This document shows, in pieces, positions 19,511 through 30,234 of a stretch of DNA of 64,000 nt. Every line of letters starts with the position of its first letter. Position 1 is the stretch's first letter. The stretch comes from Acidobacteriota bacterium (GTDB taxonomy: Bacteria > Acidobacteriota > UBA890 > WLXD01). Location: positions 1,024,001 through 1,088,000 of the forward strand of contig CBDBHB010000009.1 in the NCBI GenBank assembly GCA_965205505.1, given 5' to 3'. The notes under the pieces were generated by a model. It did not search any database, had not been told where the DNA came from, and was given only the letters and a program-made list of their open reading frames with translations. A program made the position numbers and the translations under genes.

Positions 19511-20284
19511 CTAAGCTTCGGCAGCGACGGCCCTGGCGTGCAGTGCAAAGAAACCCCCCTGCGGGTCCGTCGCCTGCACAATGTAGTCGCCACCGGGAAC
19601 CTGCATCGGCCCGTTGACAATCGTGCCCCCGAGCTCGCTGATTTGTGCCGCCGCGGTATCGCAGCTGCCGACTTCAGCGTAGTAGAGCCACGCCGCCACC
19701 GGCATTTGCTCAGGCTTTTTCCACATCCCACCTACCTCTCGGCCGTTGACGCTGAAGATGCGATAAGTGCCGTGATCCTCGCCCAGGTCCATATCGTTCG
19801 AGATCTCCCAGGCGAACAGCGTGGAGTAGAAGCTCCAGGCGGCATCCAGGTCGATGGTGGCGAGCTCGTTCCAGGCGAACTCGCCGATCGCAGCATCGCG
19901 GTTGGCCCGGGGCGCGCTCACCGGTTGGTAGAACCCCACCACGGCGCCCTGCGGATCCATCAGCACGGCAACCTTTCCAATCTCCGGCAGCTCCATCTCG
20001 TGCAAGATGTTGGCGCCCAGCTCACGAGCCTGGCTGACTGTGGCGGAGATGTCATCGACGTGGATGTAGCCTAGCCAATGGGTCGGAGCTCCCTGCTCCC
20101 GGGCTTCCTCAGGGAGCTGCATGCAGCCGGCTACCGGGTCGTCGCCGAGCATGAACAGGTGGTAGGGCATGTCGCCCGGAAACTTCTGATGAGCCCATCC
20201 GACGAGCTGCGTGTAGAAGTCGATCGACCCCGCGGGGTCCGTGGACATGATCTCGCACCAAATGAAGCGTCCCTGATCGGTCAA
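19511..20284 (-). CDS. Two-domain VOC/glyoxalase family protein
   Basis: F.WCE.....FY..L.GW motif twice; W..Y..V.D; DPQG twice; TTG 20284 preceded by GGAGG. Confidence 0.88.
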   Translation of the reverse strand: MTDQGRFIWCEIMSTDPAGSIDFYTQLVGWAHQKFPGDMPYHLFMLGDDPVAGCMQLPEEAREQGAPTHWLGYIHVDDISATVSQARELGANILHEMELPEIGKVAVLMDPQGAVVGFYQPVSAPRANRDAAIGEFAWNELATIDLDAAWSFYSTLFAWEISNDMDLGEDHGTYRIFSVNGREVGGMWKKPEQMPVAAWLYYAEVGSCDTAAAQISELGGTIVNGPMQVPGGDYIVQATDPQGGFFALHARAVAAEA

Positions 20285-20378
20285 GGGTACCTCCGTCTCC
20301 GTTCGTCTCCGGATGAACGTGGCTGCGTCTCGCGAAGCGAACATTCTCGGCCACGGCGTGTCAGCGTGCTAGCTGTGC

Positions 20379-23300
20379 TCAGCTCGCCGCCGCCGGTGCC
20401 CCGTTCAACGCATCCTCGTCGAGGACGCGGTCGAGGGTCTCCACCAATCGGTCGGCGTCGGGTACCGAGAAGCACAGCGGTGGCTTGATCTTCAGGACAT
20501 TGTGCAGCGGGCCGTCGGTGCTCATCAGGATGCCGTGATCTCGTAGGCGATTGACTACGTACGAGGCCTCGTCGTCGGCTGGCACTAGCGTCTGTCGGTC
20601 GCGAACCAGCTCGATGCCGAGGTACAGGCCGCGGCCGCGGACGTCGCCGATGAGCTGGTGTTTCGGCCGCAGCTCGCGAAGCCCTTCGAGGAGGTGCTCG
20701 CCGACGACGCGGGCGTTAGCTTGCAATCCCTCCTCCTCGATCACGTCCAGTACCGCCATCCCGACGGCGGCGGCGACCGGGTTGCCGCCGAAGGTGTTGA
20801 AGTACTCCATCCCGTTGGCGAAGGAGTGGGCGATTGCTGGCGTGGTGATCACCGCGGCCAGCGGGTAGCCGTTGCCGATCGGCTTGCCGAGCGTGACAAT
20901 GTCGGGCGTCGCGCCCATGGCATCGAAGGCCCAGAAGTGGCTCCCGACCCGCCCGAACCCGACCTGCACCTCATCTGCGATGCAGACGCCGCCGTCGGCG
21001 CGTACGTGCTCGAATGCCTTCGACAGGTAGCCCTCAGGGGGCACGATCTGGCCGCCGCAGCCGAGCAGCGGCTCGGCGATTAATGCCGCCACGCCGCCGT
21101 CCTGTGCGCAGCAGCGCGCGACATCTGCGGCGTAACGAGTGGCTGCATCAGGGTCAGTCGATTTGTACGGGCCGCGATAAGGGTCGGGCATGCAGGCCAC
21201 GTGTACCCATGGCGGCGGACCCGATCCACCCGGCCCGGCGTGCTTGTAGGGGCTCAGGTCGATCAGTTGCGACGTGTTGCCATGATAGGCGCCGTCGAGC
21301 GTCACGACATCGTGCCGGTCCGTGTGAGCGCGCGCCATGCGAAGCGCCAACTCGTTCGCCTCGCTGCCCGAGCAGACGAAGAAGCAGACCTGCAGTGTCT
21401 CGGGCAGCATCGCGGTGAGGCGCTCGGCATAGCGCACGATGTTGCCGTGTAGGTAGCGCGTATTGGTGTTGAGGACGGCGTCCTGCCGCTGCGCGGCGGC
21501 GACCACCTTGGGGTGTGCGTGACCGACGTGCGGCACGTTGTTGACCGCGTCGAGGAACGGCTGGCCGTCGACGTCGTAGAGGAACTGACGGAAGCCGCGC
21601 ACGATGGTCAGCGGGCGGCGGTATGCGATGCTCAGCGACGGGCCAAGATGCTCCTTTCGCCGTGCCATGATCCGTTCTAGGACCGGTTGCGGTGTGGTCG
21701 ACGGAAGCCCCGGCAAGTCGAGAATCAGGTTGGGATCGGGCGACAGGCTCGTGTAGATCTGGCGCTCGGCTGGCGTCGATACGCCAGGGAAGTCGCCCTT
21801 GTTGCCAACCGGATCGGCGATCACCTGGAAATGCAGGTGCGGAGCCCAGTCGCCGGTGTCCGGGAAGTTTCCAATCGTGCCGATCTGCGTCCCGAGCTTG
21901 ACGGTCGACCCGTGATCGAGCTGCGCCACCGATTCCAGCGTGAGATGCCCGTAAAGCGTGTAGAAACGGGGTCCGTCCTCCGGATCGTGCTGCAGGACTA
22001 TGGTCGGTCCGTAGTTCAACCGGCCAGTATTGATCCTGACGCTCGCCACCGTGCCGGCGAGCGGTGCGTGGACGGGTGTTCCCGGCGGCGCGAAGAGGTC
22101 GACTCCTAAATGCACGGTGCGCCGCCGCGGCGCCTCATTGGCCGGTGCGGCGAACAGCTCACCGCCGTACCAGCACCGCGTCTCGTCGTAGCGTCCGACA
22201 CCCAGCGTGGCTTCGGCGCGGCGCAAGACGGCGGCGAGTCGTTCGTTCAAGGCCGCGGCATCGAACGTGCCCGGCGCGCCGCCGCCCATGTCGACGCTGC
22301 CGACACCAAGGTCGAGCACCTCGACTGCGGGCGGCTCGATACCCGGTGCGACAACGGCGGCGAAGCTGCCGCGCTTGGCGGTGAGCCAGCGGCGTAGCTC
22401 GGCCCCCGCTAGGCTCGGCTCCCAGCCACAGGCGTGCCGAAGATGGCAAGTCGCCAGGCCTCGGTCGATAGCTCCCAGCCGAGCCAGCGCCTCCCAGGCG
22501 TGGCGCTGGCTCACCAGCAGGTAGTCGTTGTCGGGATCGGCGGGGTGCTGTTGTGCGGCATTGCAGACGCTCAGACAGAGGCGCATCAGCACCAGGTCGA
22601 ACAGCACGTCCACCTCGGCCTCGTGCAGGGGAAATTTCGCGTGATAGGCGCCGACCACATCACCGGCGATCTCCATCGGGTCGTCGCGGTCGAGCATCGC
22701 GTAGGCGAGGCCGACCGCGAGCTCGCCGACGGTAGGAGCCCACAGGGTGTCGCCGACATCGATGAGGCCGACCACCCGGCGCCGCGGCCAACCGTCGACG
22801 CTCTCGAGCGGACCCACGATCACGTTGTGATCGTTGCCGTCGTTGTGGATCACGCTCGAGCGCAACCGCCGCAACACGGGATCGACACGGTCAGCAAAGT
22901 GAGATTGCAGCCGCTCCACCTCCGTCCGCCCTTCACCCGCCGGGATCAGCGGCAACGCTGCCTCGAACGTTTGCTGGGCGCGCAGCATGTTCCATTTCAG
23001 GCTGCGGTCGGCCGCCTCATGCTCGAGTCCTTCGAGCGCCGTGCTGACGTGGCCGAGCAGGTCACCCAGCTGACGGGCGAGCTGCCGAGAGCGCGGGCGC
23101 ACGCCGGCCATCGGTACCCCGTCGACCCAGGTCAGCAGGCAGGCCGTGGAGCGCTCGCCCCCCGCTTCGACAACGGTCAGGTCGCCGCCGTCGACCCCCT
23201 GAACCAGCCGCGGGAAAGTGTACTCACAGGGATGGTCGGCCAGGCGCCGCAGGACGGCGTTTTGCAGATCGAGCACTAGGCTGCGCTCGAGGGCGTTGAA

Positions 23301-23462
23301 TAGCTTCAGCACATGGCGATTGCCTGCGGCATCGCGAAGGAGAAAGTTCTGATCGCGCTCGCTGGTCAGCTCCTGGCAGGTCACCTCCAGACCGAAATAC
23401 CGCCGAGCGAGGTCCGACGCCTGATCGGCGTCGAAGCGGGGGCGGGGCGAGGGCGTCGGCAA
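20379..23462 (-). CDS. Fusion: APH-type (hydroxylysine/homoserine-like) kinase + M23 domain + class III PLP aminotransferase/phospho-lyase
   Basis: [20 protein letters not shown]; HLGVD and HLHFQ; [29 protein letters not shown]. Confidence 0.9.
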   Translation of the reverse strand: MPTPSPRPRFDADQASDLARRYFGLEVTCQELTSERDQNFLLRDAAGNRHVLKLFNALERSLVLDLQNAVLRRLADHPCEYTFPRLVQGVDGGDLTVVEAGGERSTACLLTWVDGVPMAGVRPRSRQLARQLGDLLGHVSTALEGLEHEAADRSLKWNMLRAQQTFEAALPLIPAGEGRTEVERLQSHFADRVDPVLRRLRSSVIHNDGNDHNVIVGPLESVDGWPRRRVVGLIDVGDTLWAPTVGELAVGLAYAMLDRDDPMEIAGDVVGAYHAKFPLHEAEVDVLFDLVLMRLCLSVCNAAQQHPADPDNDYLLVSQRHAWEALARLGAIDRGLATCHLRHACGWEPSLAGAELRRWLTAKRGSFAAVVAPGIEPPAVEVLDLGVGSVDMGGGAPGTFDAAALNERLAAVLRRAEATLGVGRYDETRCWYGGELFAAPANEAPRRRTVHLGVDLFAPPGTPVHAPLAGTVASVRINTGRLNYGPTIVLQHDPEDGPRFYTLYGHLTLESVAQLDHGSTVKLGTQIGTIGNFPDTGDWAPHLHFQVIADPVGNKGDFPGVSTPAERQIYTSLSPDPNLILDLPGLPSTTPQPVLERIMARRKEHLGPSLSIAYRRPLTIVRGFRQFLYDVDGQPFLDAVNNVPHVGHAHPKVVAAAQRQDAVLNTNTRYLHGNIVRYAERLTAMLPETLQVCFFVCSGSEANELALRMARAHTDRHDVVTLDGAYHGNTSQLIDLSPYKHAGPGGSGPPPWVHVACMPDPYRGPYKSTDPDAATRYAADVARCCAQDGGVAALIAEPLLGCGGQIVPPEGYLSKAFEHVRADGGVCIADEVQVGFGRVGSHFWAFDAMGATPDIVTLGKPIGNGYPLAAVITTPAIAHSFANGMEYFNTFGGNPVAAAVGMAVLDVIEEEGLQANARVVGEHLLEGLRELRPKHQLIGDVRGRGLYLGIELVRDRQTLVPADDEASYVVNRLRDHGILMSTDGPLHNVLKIKPPLCFSVPDADRLVETLDRVLDEDALNGAPAAAS

Positions 23463-23644
23463 GATCGTTCCAGGTCAGGAGACGGCGAGCGCAGAGTGTA
23501 CCGTCGGCCCCGTCACCGCGGTACACGCACCGTCTCTCGGCTGCGTCCTCGTCATAGCTTTGATGCGCGTGGCTCACGTGGTTCCTCCATGCATCCTGAA
23601 GTGACGGAACTGCACGGGGCCATGACCACTCGCTGCCTTCCGAC

Positions 23645-23719
23645 CCTCACGGACTTCAAATCCGTTGGGGGGCGTCGGAAGGCGTCCTTGCTGGGTTCGA
23701 TTCCCAGACGTTCCCGCCA
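23645..23719 (+). tRNA. selC: tRNA-Sec (anticodon UCA), 5'-truncated fragment
   Basis: Anticodon arm ACGGA-CTTCAAA-TCCGT, long variable arm, T-arm CTGGG-TTCGATT-CCCAG, 8-nt acceptor strand ACGTTCCC plus GCCA; no complementary 5' acceptor strand or D-arm at the expected position. Confidence 0.75.
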
Positions 23720-23849
23720 ATTTCGTCCCCCGATGAACGTTGAGGATACTGTTCCTCTGACCCGGCTAGGTTGCCGACCGCGCGAGTGGCCGTGGCGAGT
23801 CACTCGCCGTCAAGGCATCCTCGGTATATTCGTGGGAGGCAGCGCATCC

Positions 23850-24959
23850 CTAACCCCACACGGCTCGCGCCGTCTCGACCACCTCTCGCAGCTTGTCGCG
23901 CTGCTGCTGCACGGTGATTCGGTTGCCGATGATGGACGAGGAGAACCCGCACTGAGGGCTGAGGGCGAGCTGCTCGAGCGGGAAAAACCGGGCAGCCTGT
24001 TCGATGCGAGCCCGCAGCTCGGCTACGCTGCTGCGGCGTGAGCGCTTGGTCGTCACCAGCCCGAGCACGACCATTTTGTCCTCGGGTATTTCCCCCAGCG
24101 CCGCGAAAGACCCGGAGCGCTGGTCGTCGTACTCCAGCAATAGCCGCTGCGCCTTGATTCGCCGGACGATGGGGCCAACCAGACGATCGTAGCCGCCCTC
24201 CACGAGCCAGCGGCTAGCCTGGTTGCCTTTGCAGAGGTGCAAGCCGACCGTCACTCCCGGGTGCACGCCGATGACCTCGTTGTCGAGCTCGACGCCCAGC
24301 CGCAGCCAGGTATCCAGGCTCCATCCCTGCCCCTCGTAGAAGGCGCGCGTGCGCGGATCCAGGAGCAACGGGTAGTGGGGTGCGTCCAACTGTATGTACG
24401 TGGCCCCGCACCGCACCAGCTCGTTGACGTCGTCGCGGAGGATAGACGCCACGTCGGTCAGGAAGGACGTCAGCGACGGGTATGCGTGCCGGGAAAGCTT
24501 CCTGGACCAGAAGCTTGCAAACAGGCTCGGGCTCGGCAACGTCGCCTTCGGCGTGCGCGTTGTTCGATCCTTCAGGTAGCTGAACTCGTCGGCCGAAAGC
24601 CACCGTCTGCGCACCAGCTTGTCGACCACGCCCAGTCGCTCCGGTCGCCTCTTGCTGACGTCACCGATGCCCTCGTCGCCGTGCCAGTCACCCCACAGGA
24701 AGGCATCGAGGTCCCAGGCTCCGAAGCCATCGACAGCCTGGAGCAGACATGACTGGAAGGAAAGCCGCCTCATCTCGCCGTCGGTGACGATCTCCAGGCC
24801 CACGTCTTCCTGAAGGGCGATCGCCTCGTCGACCGCGCGGTCCTCGATGGAGGTGAGCTCTTCCTCGTTGATGCGACCGGCGGCCAGATCGCGGCGCGCC
24901 CGCAGCAGCCATGTTGGCCGAAGCAAGCTGCCGACGACGTCGGTGTGTGCGGTGATCAT
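23850..24959 (-). CDS. Cobalamin-independent methionine synthase II family (single-barrel MetE-like)
   Basis: VVGSLLRP, TDGEMRR, YIQLDAP, HLCKGN, LEYD, LSPQCGF zinc ligands. Confidence 0.9.
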   Translation of the reverse strand: MITAHTDVVGSLLRPTWLLRARRDLAAGRINEEELTSIEDRAVDEAIALQEDVGLEIVTDGEMRRLSFQSCLLQAVDGFGAWDLDAFLWGDWHGDEGIGDVSKRRPERLGVVDKLVRRRWLSADEFSYLKDRTTRTPKATLPSPSLFASFWSRKLSRHAYPSLTSFLTDVASILRDDVNELVRCGATYIQLDAPHYPLLLDPRTRAFYEGQGWSLDTWLRLGVELDNEVIGVHPGVTVGLHLCKGNQASRWLVEGGYDRLVGPIVRRIKAQRLLLEYDDQRSGSFAALGEIPEDKMVVLGLVTTKRSRRSSVAELRARIEQAARFFPLEQLALSPQCGFSSSIIGNRITVQQQRDKLREVVETARAVWG

Positions 24960-25195
24960 CGAGGGTTACGGTATGCGATCCTGGGAGAGATTCCCATCTG
25001 GATCCGGCCGACGTCCAAGCAGGTGGATTCTGAGCAGATGAGGCCCAAACGGAAGCAATTCGACCAGCTAGAGCTGCTGATGTCCAATCAGCACGACCCT
25101 CTGGAAGCGACTGGTATCAAAGGGAATTTGCGATCCTCGCCCGGCCGGCACCTCTTTGTCCCACCCACAGCGTTCGAGGGATGTTCGGAGAAAGC

Positions 25196-25609
25196 ATGGA
25201 CGCCTCTCTCTACCGTTTTCTCGCCGACCTGACGGTTCTGATTCACCTCGGCTTCGTAACGATCGTGGTGGCCGGAGGGCTCCTGGTGCTCCGATGGCGC
25301 CGTCTCGCCTGGGTGCATGTGCCGTGTGCCGTGTGGGGCGCGCTCATCGAGCTCGGCGGCTGGATCTGTCCTCTCACGCCGCTGGAAAACCGGTGGCGCC
25401 GGCAAGCCGGCCTGCACGGATACGAAGGAAGCTTCGTGGAGCACTACTTGATACCCGTGCTCTACCCCGCCGAGCTGACGCGAGAGCTCCAAATCGGTCT
25501 GGGGCTGGTGGTGATCGCGCTTAACGTCGTGATCTACGGCTGGATTTGGCGCCGCGGCCGCCAACCATCAAGCAAACGATACGTGTCGAGCGGGCAAGAC
25601 TCAGCTTGA
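25196..25609 (+). CDS. DUF2784-family membrane protein
   Basis: H..F, WVHVP, CPLTPLEN, F..HY. Confidence 0.85.
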   Translation: MDASLYRFLADLTVLIHLGFVTIVVAGGLLVLRWRRLAWVHVPCAVWGALIELGGWICPLTPLENRWRRQAGLHGYEGSFVEHYLIPVLYPAELTRELQIGLGLVVIALNVVIYGWIWRRGRQPSSKRYVSSGQDSA

Positions 25610-25624
25610 GTTGACAGTACCCTG

Positions 25625-25903
25625 CTAGCAGGCCGTGGTGGAAGTGTGGCGGGCCTGGCGACAGGGTCTTGCGAGGCGGAGGCAAGTCGAGAGGAGGAGG
25701 CGATGGCTACCCCATCGTTGACGAGGAACGACGCAGCATAGGCGCGCAACCCCCTATCGCCCGGAGGGTTACGGCGATTTGGGGTCATCTGCGGCGTTGG
25801 CCCTCCTGGACGATGGCTGGAGCATCGCCGGCGTCAGGCCGCCTTCCATCTGACCGCAACTCGCCGTAACCAGGCCCGCCACACTTCCACCACGGCCTGC
25901 CAG
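25625..25903. mobile_element. 279-bp MITE-like structured repeat, copy 3 (divergent)
   Basis: Same length and architecture; both TIR arms carry three mutually compensating changes; right end reads CCAG. Confidence 0.85.
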
Positions 25904-26022
25904 GGGAGTGCGTCGAGGCGGGCTCGATGTTCCCTTGGCTTCGGCGGGCGCCGTAGGATGGGTCTGCGAGCAGGTTCGTGCGGCAAGCAAGAGAAGCCAC
26001 GATATAGAGCCTTGGAGGGGCA

Positions 26023-26781
26023 GTGGGATTCGGCGGACGCAACATTCTGGTGACCGGGGCGTCGCGCGGCATCGGGCGCGCGATTGCAGCTCGCTTCGCG
26101 GCGCAGGGCGGCTGCGTGGCGGTGCACTATCACGTCAATCGTATGGTCGCCGAGGAGACGGTCGGCGAGCTGGACGGTGGGCCGCACTTCGTCGTGCAGG
26201 CCGACGTCTCGGATCCGGATGCGTGTGAACGCCTGGTCTCCGAAACCGCGTCCGAAATGGGCCGGATCGACGTATTGGTGAACAACGCTGGCATATTCGA
26301 GCAGCATCGAGTTGCCGAGGTCGATTTCTTCGCCTGGCGCCGTGCCTGGGATCGGGCGCTGGGCACCAATCTACTGGGCCCGGCGAACCTGATGTACTGC
26401 GTGGCACGGCACATGATGGAGCGCGGCGGCGGCCGCATGATCAATGTCTCCTCGCGCGGCGCCTTTCGCGGTGAGCCCCAGGCTCCTGCCTACGGGGCCA
26501 GCAAGGCGGGGCTCAACGCGCTCAGCCAGTCGCTGGCGCAGGAGCTGGCGCCGCACGGGATCTTCGTGGGCGTGGTGGCGCCGGGGTTTGTGGAGACTGA
26601 CATGGCGGCGCCTCACCTGGCCGGGGAAGCGGGTGAAGCGATTCGCGCGCAGAGCCCGCTCAACCGTGTCGCCATGCCCGATGAGATCGCGCGAGTGGTG
26701 ACGTTTCTGGCCAGCGAGGGTATCGGGTATCTCACCGGCTGCATCGTCGACGCCAACGGTGCCTCGTACCTGCGCACGTAG
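26023..26781 (+). CDS. Short-chain dehydrogenase/reductase (FabG-like)
   Basis: [26 protein letters not shown]. Confidence 0.92.
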   Translation: MGFGGRNILVTGASRGIGRAIAARFAAQGGCVAVHYHVNRMVAEETVGELDGGPHFVVQADVSDPDACERLVSETASEMGRIDVLVNNAGIFEQHRVAEVDFFAWRRAWDRALGTNLLGPANLMYCVARHMMERGGGRMINVSSRGAFRGEPQAPAYGASKAGLNALSQSLAQELAPHGIFVGVVAPGFVETDMAAPHLAGEAGEAIRAQSPLNRVAMPDEIARVVTFLASEGIGYLTGCIVDANGASYLRT

Positions 26782-26820
26782 GAGGCGGCGCCGAGATGGT
26801 CGGCGCCCACGGTTGGGCTG

Positions 26821-28377
26821 TTACTGTTCGCCCACCTGCCCCAACAGCGCCGATCGCTCAGTGATTATCCGATCAGCGAAACGGTTGAACGCGTGCTCCG
26901 TGGCGGTGTCCTCGCCGCCCCAGATCGGTATCCGGCGTCCTAACGCGGTGAACGTGTCGTACAGGAGGAAGCCGGCCAGCTTGCCCTGTCCCGATCTTCC
27001 AGTGGCGAGGATTTGGCCTGGATAGGCTGCGGTACCGACGATCGGCAGCAGCCCGACGGCCAGTGCCATCCAGGGAACCGGAAGCCCACGGAGTCGTGCC
27101 TGGGTGGCCCGACAAACCGTGTAGGCCGTGCGGGCGATGCTGCCGCCAAGGAGCAGCCCGAACGGCACCACCCAGAGGGGCAGTATCGCTAGCTGGGCGA
27201 GCAGCGGCAGCAGCAGCCAGGTCACCGACTTGGAGGCTGGCTTGAGCGCCAAATGGACGGCGAAGTCGGTCAGGTAGCTAGACTGCTCGTGTCCGGACAT
27301 CCGGCACAGGAAGGCGGCCTCGCGCCGCCCGAGTTGGCCGCGCTGATGCCAGCGACGCACTCGGCGCAATGCGTAGAGTCGGCCGCTGCGGGCGCGATAC
27401 GGTTGCGACGCAGCAAACCGCCAGGCGATGCGCAGGCCCCCGAGAGCGTCGATGCGGCGCGCGACGCGCAACCAGCGCCGCGCGCCAGACACCACACACG
27501 AGACCAATGATCGTGATCCGCGCCTGATCTCGGACGCATGCCAACGCAGCGGGTGATCTTGATACCAGCGTGCTTGGGCGACGTTCAGTTGGCCTCGCAG
27601 CATAGCGCAGTGCAGGCTGCGATCGCGTCGCGGCAACGATTTCCACTCCTGCTGGGCGTCCCGCAGGTGGCAGGCCCATTGCCGCACCCGAGAAACGCCG
27701 CCATCGCCCACCGCTGCGTCGATATCGTCGGCGTGAGCCCCGACGTAGCCGAGGAGACGCTCCACATCGACATCGTCGAATAGCGGCCGCCCGAGTTGGA
27801 AGCTCCGCGGCAGGTAGTACGTGAACAGCGGCCGCGGGTCGGCGGGAAACAGGGCGGGAACACCGGACTCGAGATCGATCCAGGCCCATTGCGTGTCGGC
27901 GGCGCCGCGACTTCCCCGTCGGCGCTCGATCACCAGAAAGTTGTTGGCCGCCACGGGGTTGCCGTGGCCCGCCTGCCATACCAGGCCGTCAAAGCCGCTG
28001 GCGTCGAGATGGTGTTGCAGCGGTCGCATGATCTTGTCGCGAAGCTCGACCTGCTCGTGGTCGCGCGATGCGGAGAACGGGTGGTGCAGTGCCGCGGGAT
28101 ACCCCTTTACGTAGCGGGTGTGGAGCTCCCAGGCGCGTGCTGCCTGGTTCCAGAGCACCTGGGTGGCGTCTGCCACCTGCAGGCGCTCGCCGAACCAGTA
28201 GGGCACCAGCAGGGCTAGGATATTTCGGCGATAGAGGGCGCATCGGACGGCGGGGCCGGACCATGAGTACGGGTTAGGGGCCCCGAAGGCGATCCGATGC
28301 ACCAGATCACCGAGGGTGTCGCCGAGGAACACCTTCACCGCCAGCTTGCCCTCCGGGGCATCCTGGCGGTAGACCAC
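26821..28377 (-). CDS. Hypothetical membrane-anchored protein with protein-kinase-like N-terminus
   Basis: In-frame LGRGRSGVVY (partly upstream of the GTG), AVKVF, NNFLV, IDLESG; hydrophobic C-terminal helices. Confidence 0.6.
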   Translation of the reverse strand: MVYRQDAPEGKLAVKVFLGDTLGDLVHRIAFGAPNPYSWSGPAVRCALYRRNILALLVPYWFGERLQVADATQVLWNQAARAWELHTRYVKGYPAALHHPFSASRDHEQVELRDKIMRPLQHHLDASGFDGLVWQAGHGNPVAANNFLVIERRRGSRGAADTQWAWIDLESGVPALFPADPRPLFTYYLPRSFQLGRPLFDDVDVERLLGYVGAHADDIDAAVGDGGVSRVRQWACHLRDAQQEWKSLPRRDRSLHCAMLRGQLNVAQARWYQDHPLRWHASEIRRGSRSLVSCVVSGARRWLRVARRIDALGGLRIAWRFAASQPYRARSGRLYALRRVRRWHQRGQLGRREAAFLCRMSGHEQSSYLTDFAVHLALKPASKSVTWLLLPLLAQLAILPLWVVPFGLLLGGSIARTAYTVCRATQARLRGLPVPWMALAVGLLPIVGTAAYPGQILATGRSGQGKLAGFLLYDTFTALGRRIPIWGGEDTATEHAFNRFADRIITERSALLGQVGEQ

Positions 28378-28532
28378 GCCGGAGCGGCCGCGTCCGAGCG
28401 GTTGCCGCGGTGTGTTCGCGGCTTATCTGCGCCGCGCTGGCTTGATTGAGGCTACTGCGCCCAAGGCCCACCCTCTCGACAGAATTGTAAGGAGAAAGCC
28501 GGCGCACTCCGAAGCCCTTTCTGACCCGCGCC

Positions 28533-28907
28533 TTATCGTCGTAGCTGGATATCGGGTGCGCCCGTGGGGGTCAACGCGAGCTCCGGCGGGGCGAAGTCGT
28601 GCTGCACGAGCATGTAGGCGGTGATGTCCCAGTAGTCCTCAGTCGCGAGGCTACCCTCGCCGGCGTACGGCATGAACTTGCGGTTGTACTCGAACAGCCC
28701 GGCCGCTGTCCCGTAGCTGCTCAGCACCGCCGGTGAAAGCCGTGAGCCGATCCCCTCTCCGGAGTCGTGGCACTGGAAGCAATACCGCGCGTAGAGATCG
28801 TTACCCCGGTCCACATCGGCGTACTGCGTGCGGTCACAGGCGACAAGCGCAACGGCAGCCCAACCCACGAGCCCCGCCAGCACCAGCGCCAGGCGCCCCT
28901 GGGTCAT
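28533..28907 (-). CDS. Monoheme cytochrome c (lipoprotein)
   Basis: CFQCH, distal Met in KFMP, lipobox LVAC; ATG 28907 overlaps the upstream stop. Confidence 0.88.
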   Translation of the reverse strand: MTQGRLALVLAGLVGWAAVALVACDRTQYADVDRGNDLYARYCFQCHDSGEGIGSRLSPAVLSSYGTAAGLFEYNRKFMPYAGEGSLATEDYWDITAYMLVQHDFAPPELALTPTGAPDIQLRR

Positions 28908-30172
28908 GCCACCGAGATGGGGTGCGGCAGCGGCAGGTTGAACAGATAGCCTTTCTCGTTGAACGGGATGTCGTCCGGTTGCGTGTTTCCGGCCACGTCG
29001 GTGGCGCGGGTGATCATCGTGTGCGCGCCGCTCGATGCCACCCACTCGATCTCGAACCGGGTCCACGCGTAACGCATGACCGGCTCCAACAGCTGTGCCT
29101 CCGACCACGTCGCGCCATCGTCGACGCTCCACAGCACACGCGCGATGGGCGCGTGAGGCGAGTGTGCAAAGCCGCGCAGGGTCATCGCGCCCGGGCTCAA
29201 CCGTACCGGCCACGGCAGCGCCAGCACACTCTTGATCGACTGCAGGGTCGCGGGCCGACCTAGCGCCTCGCCCTCTGGCGGGTATGCGTCGCCGATCAGC
29301 ACATAGGAGGTGGTGTTGTTGCGGCTCCAGATCTTCTCGGTGGCCACGACGATGCGGCCGAGCCACTTGATGTTGGTGCTACCGACCCAACCGGGTACCA
29401 CGGCGCGGAGTGGGTGGCCGTGATCCGGGGGCAGCACCTCACCGTTCATACGGTCTGCCAGTATCGTGTCGGGATCGAGCGCCTTGGCGATGGGAATGGG
29501 CCGCCGAAACCCTTCCTCGGGAGATTCACTGTCCAGACCTATCAACTGCGCTTCAACAGCATCGTCGCGTAGCTCGGCGAGCCGCAGTACCTCACCTAGC
29601 GGCACACCACCCCATTCCGCCATACCGATGCCGCCACGTCCCCACTGCGTTCCGGTGGCCACCTGCCCCAGCAGCAGCTCGAAGAATGAGCGCTGGTTGC
29701 CGCCGCACTCGACGTAGGCGAAGACGCTGCGCCGCGGCAATGTCTGCAGTTGCTCGAGCGTCAGGTCGATCGGTTTGTCGACGCCCGGGCCTTCGATGCG
29801 CAGCGCGTAGCGATCGACGTCGACCGCGATGCTCGAGGAGTTGTTGCGTACGAAGAACTGGGAGGCGGGCGTCAGAAAGGAATCGAGTCGGTCGATGCGC
29901 GCCTCGAGATTGCGCGCGCCGTGAGGGATGAAATCGGTGGTGTCCTTGAAGAAGACGCTGGCCGGCGCGTCGGAGCTGCGGGACGCCGTCGCGCTGTGTT
30001 CCCCCTGCGTGGCGCACGCGGCCAGGAACCCACCCGCCGCGCCGGCAGTCACCAGACTTATGAAGCGCCGCCGGTCGACACCGTAACGGGAACAGGATGC
30101 CCGGAACCGCTCCAGTAGGTCCTGCGCCTCATCGCTATGGGCGGGAGGAAGAGGTTGGTGCCGTTGGGGCAT
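28904..30172 (-). CDS. Sulfite-oxidase-family molybdopterin enzyme, Tat-exported
   Basis: DRRRFI Tat motif, FFVRN, ECGGN, HGHPLR..VPGW.G..NIKWL, RATD..GNTQP. Confidence 0.9.
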   Translation of the reverse strand: MPQRHQPLPPAHSDEAQDLLERFRASCSRYGVDRRRFISLVTAGAAGGFLAACATQGEHSATASRSSDAPASVFFKDTTDFIPHGARNLEARIDRLDSFLTPASQFFVRNNSSSIAVDVDRYALRIEGPGVDKPIDLTLEQLQTLPRRSVFAYVECGGNQRSFFELLLGQVATGTQWGRGGIGMAEWGGVPLGEVLRLAELRDDAVEAQLIGLDSESPEEGFRRPIPIAKALDPDTILADRMNGEVLPPDHGHPLRAVVPGWVGSTNIKWLGRIVVATEKIWSRNNTTSYVLIGDAYPPEGEALGRPATLQSIKSVLALPWPVRLSPGAMTLRGFAHSPHAPIARVLWSVDDGATWSEAQLLEPVMRYAWTRFEIEWVASSGAHTMITRATDVAGNTQPDDIPFNEKGYLFNLPLPHPISVA

Positions 30173-30234
30173 CGGAAGCCTCCGGATCAGGGATACGCTG
30201 TTGACTCTCGATACGCTTGTCGCCGCGGCGACTT

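Noticed and set aside
23224-23577. 117-aa ORF with a good GGAGG RBS upstream of the kinase-aminotransferase fusion
   Set aside because: Mostly overlaps the fusion gene out of frame and has no recognisable motif
23645-23719. Intact functional selC
   Set aside because: 5' acceptor strand and D-arm are not present at the required position
24960-25195. Cobalamin or SAM riboswitch upstream of the MetE-like gene
   Set aside because: No B12-box or SAM-I core recognisable by eye on the minus strand
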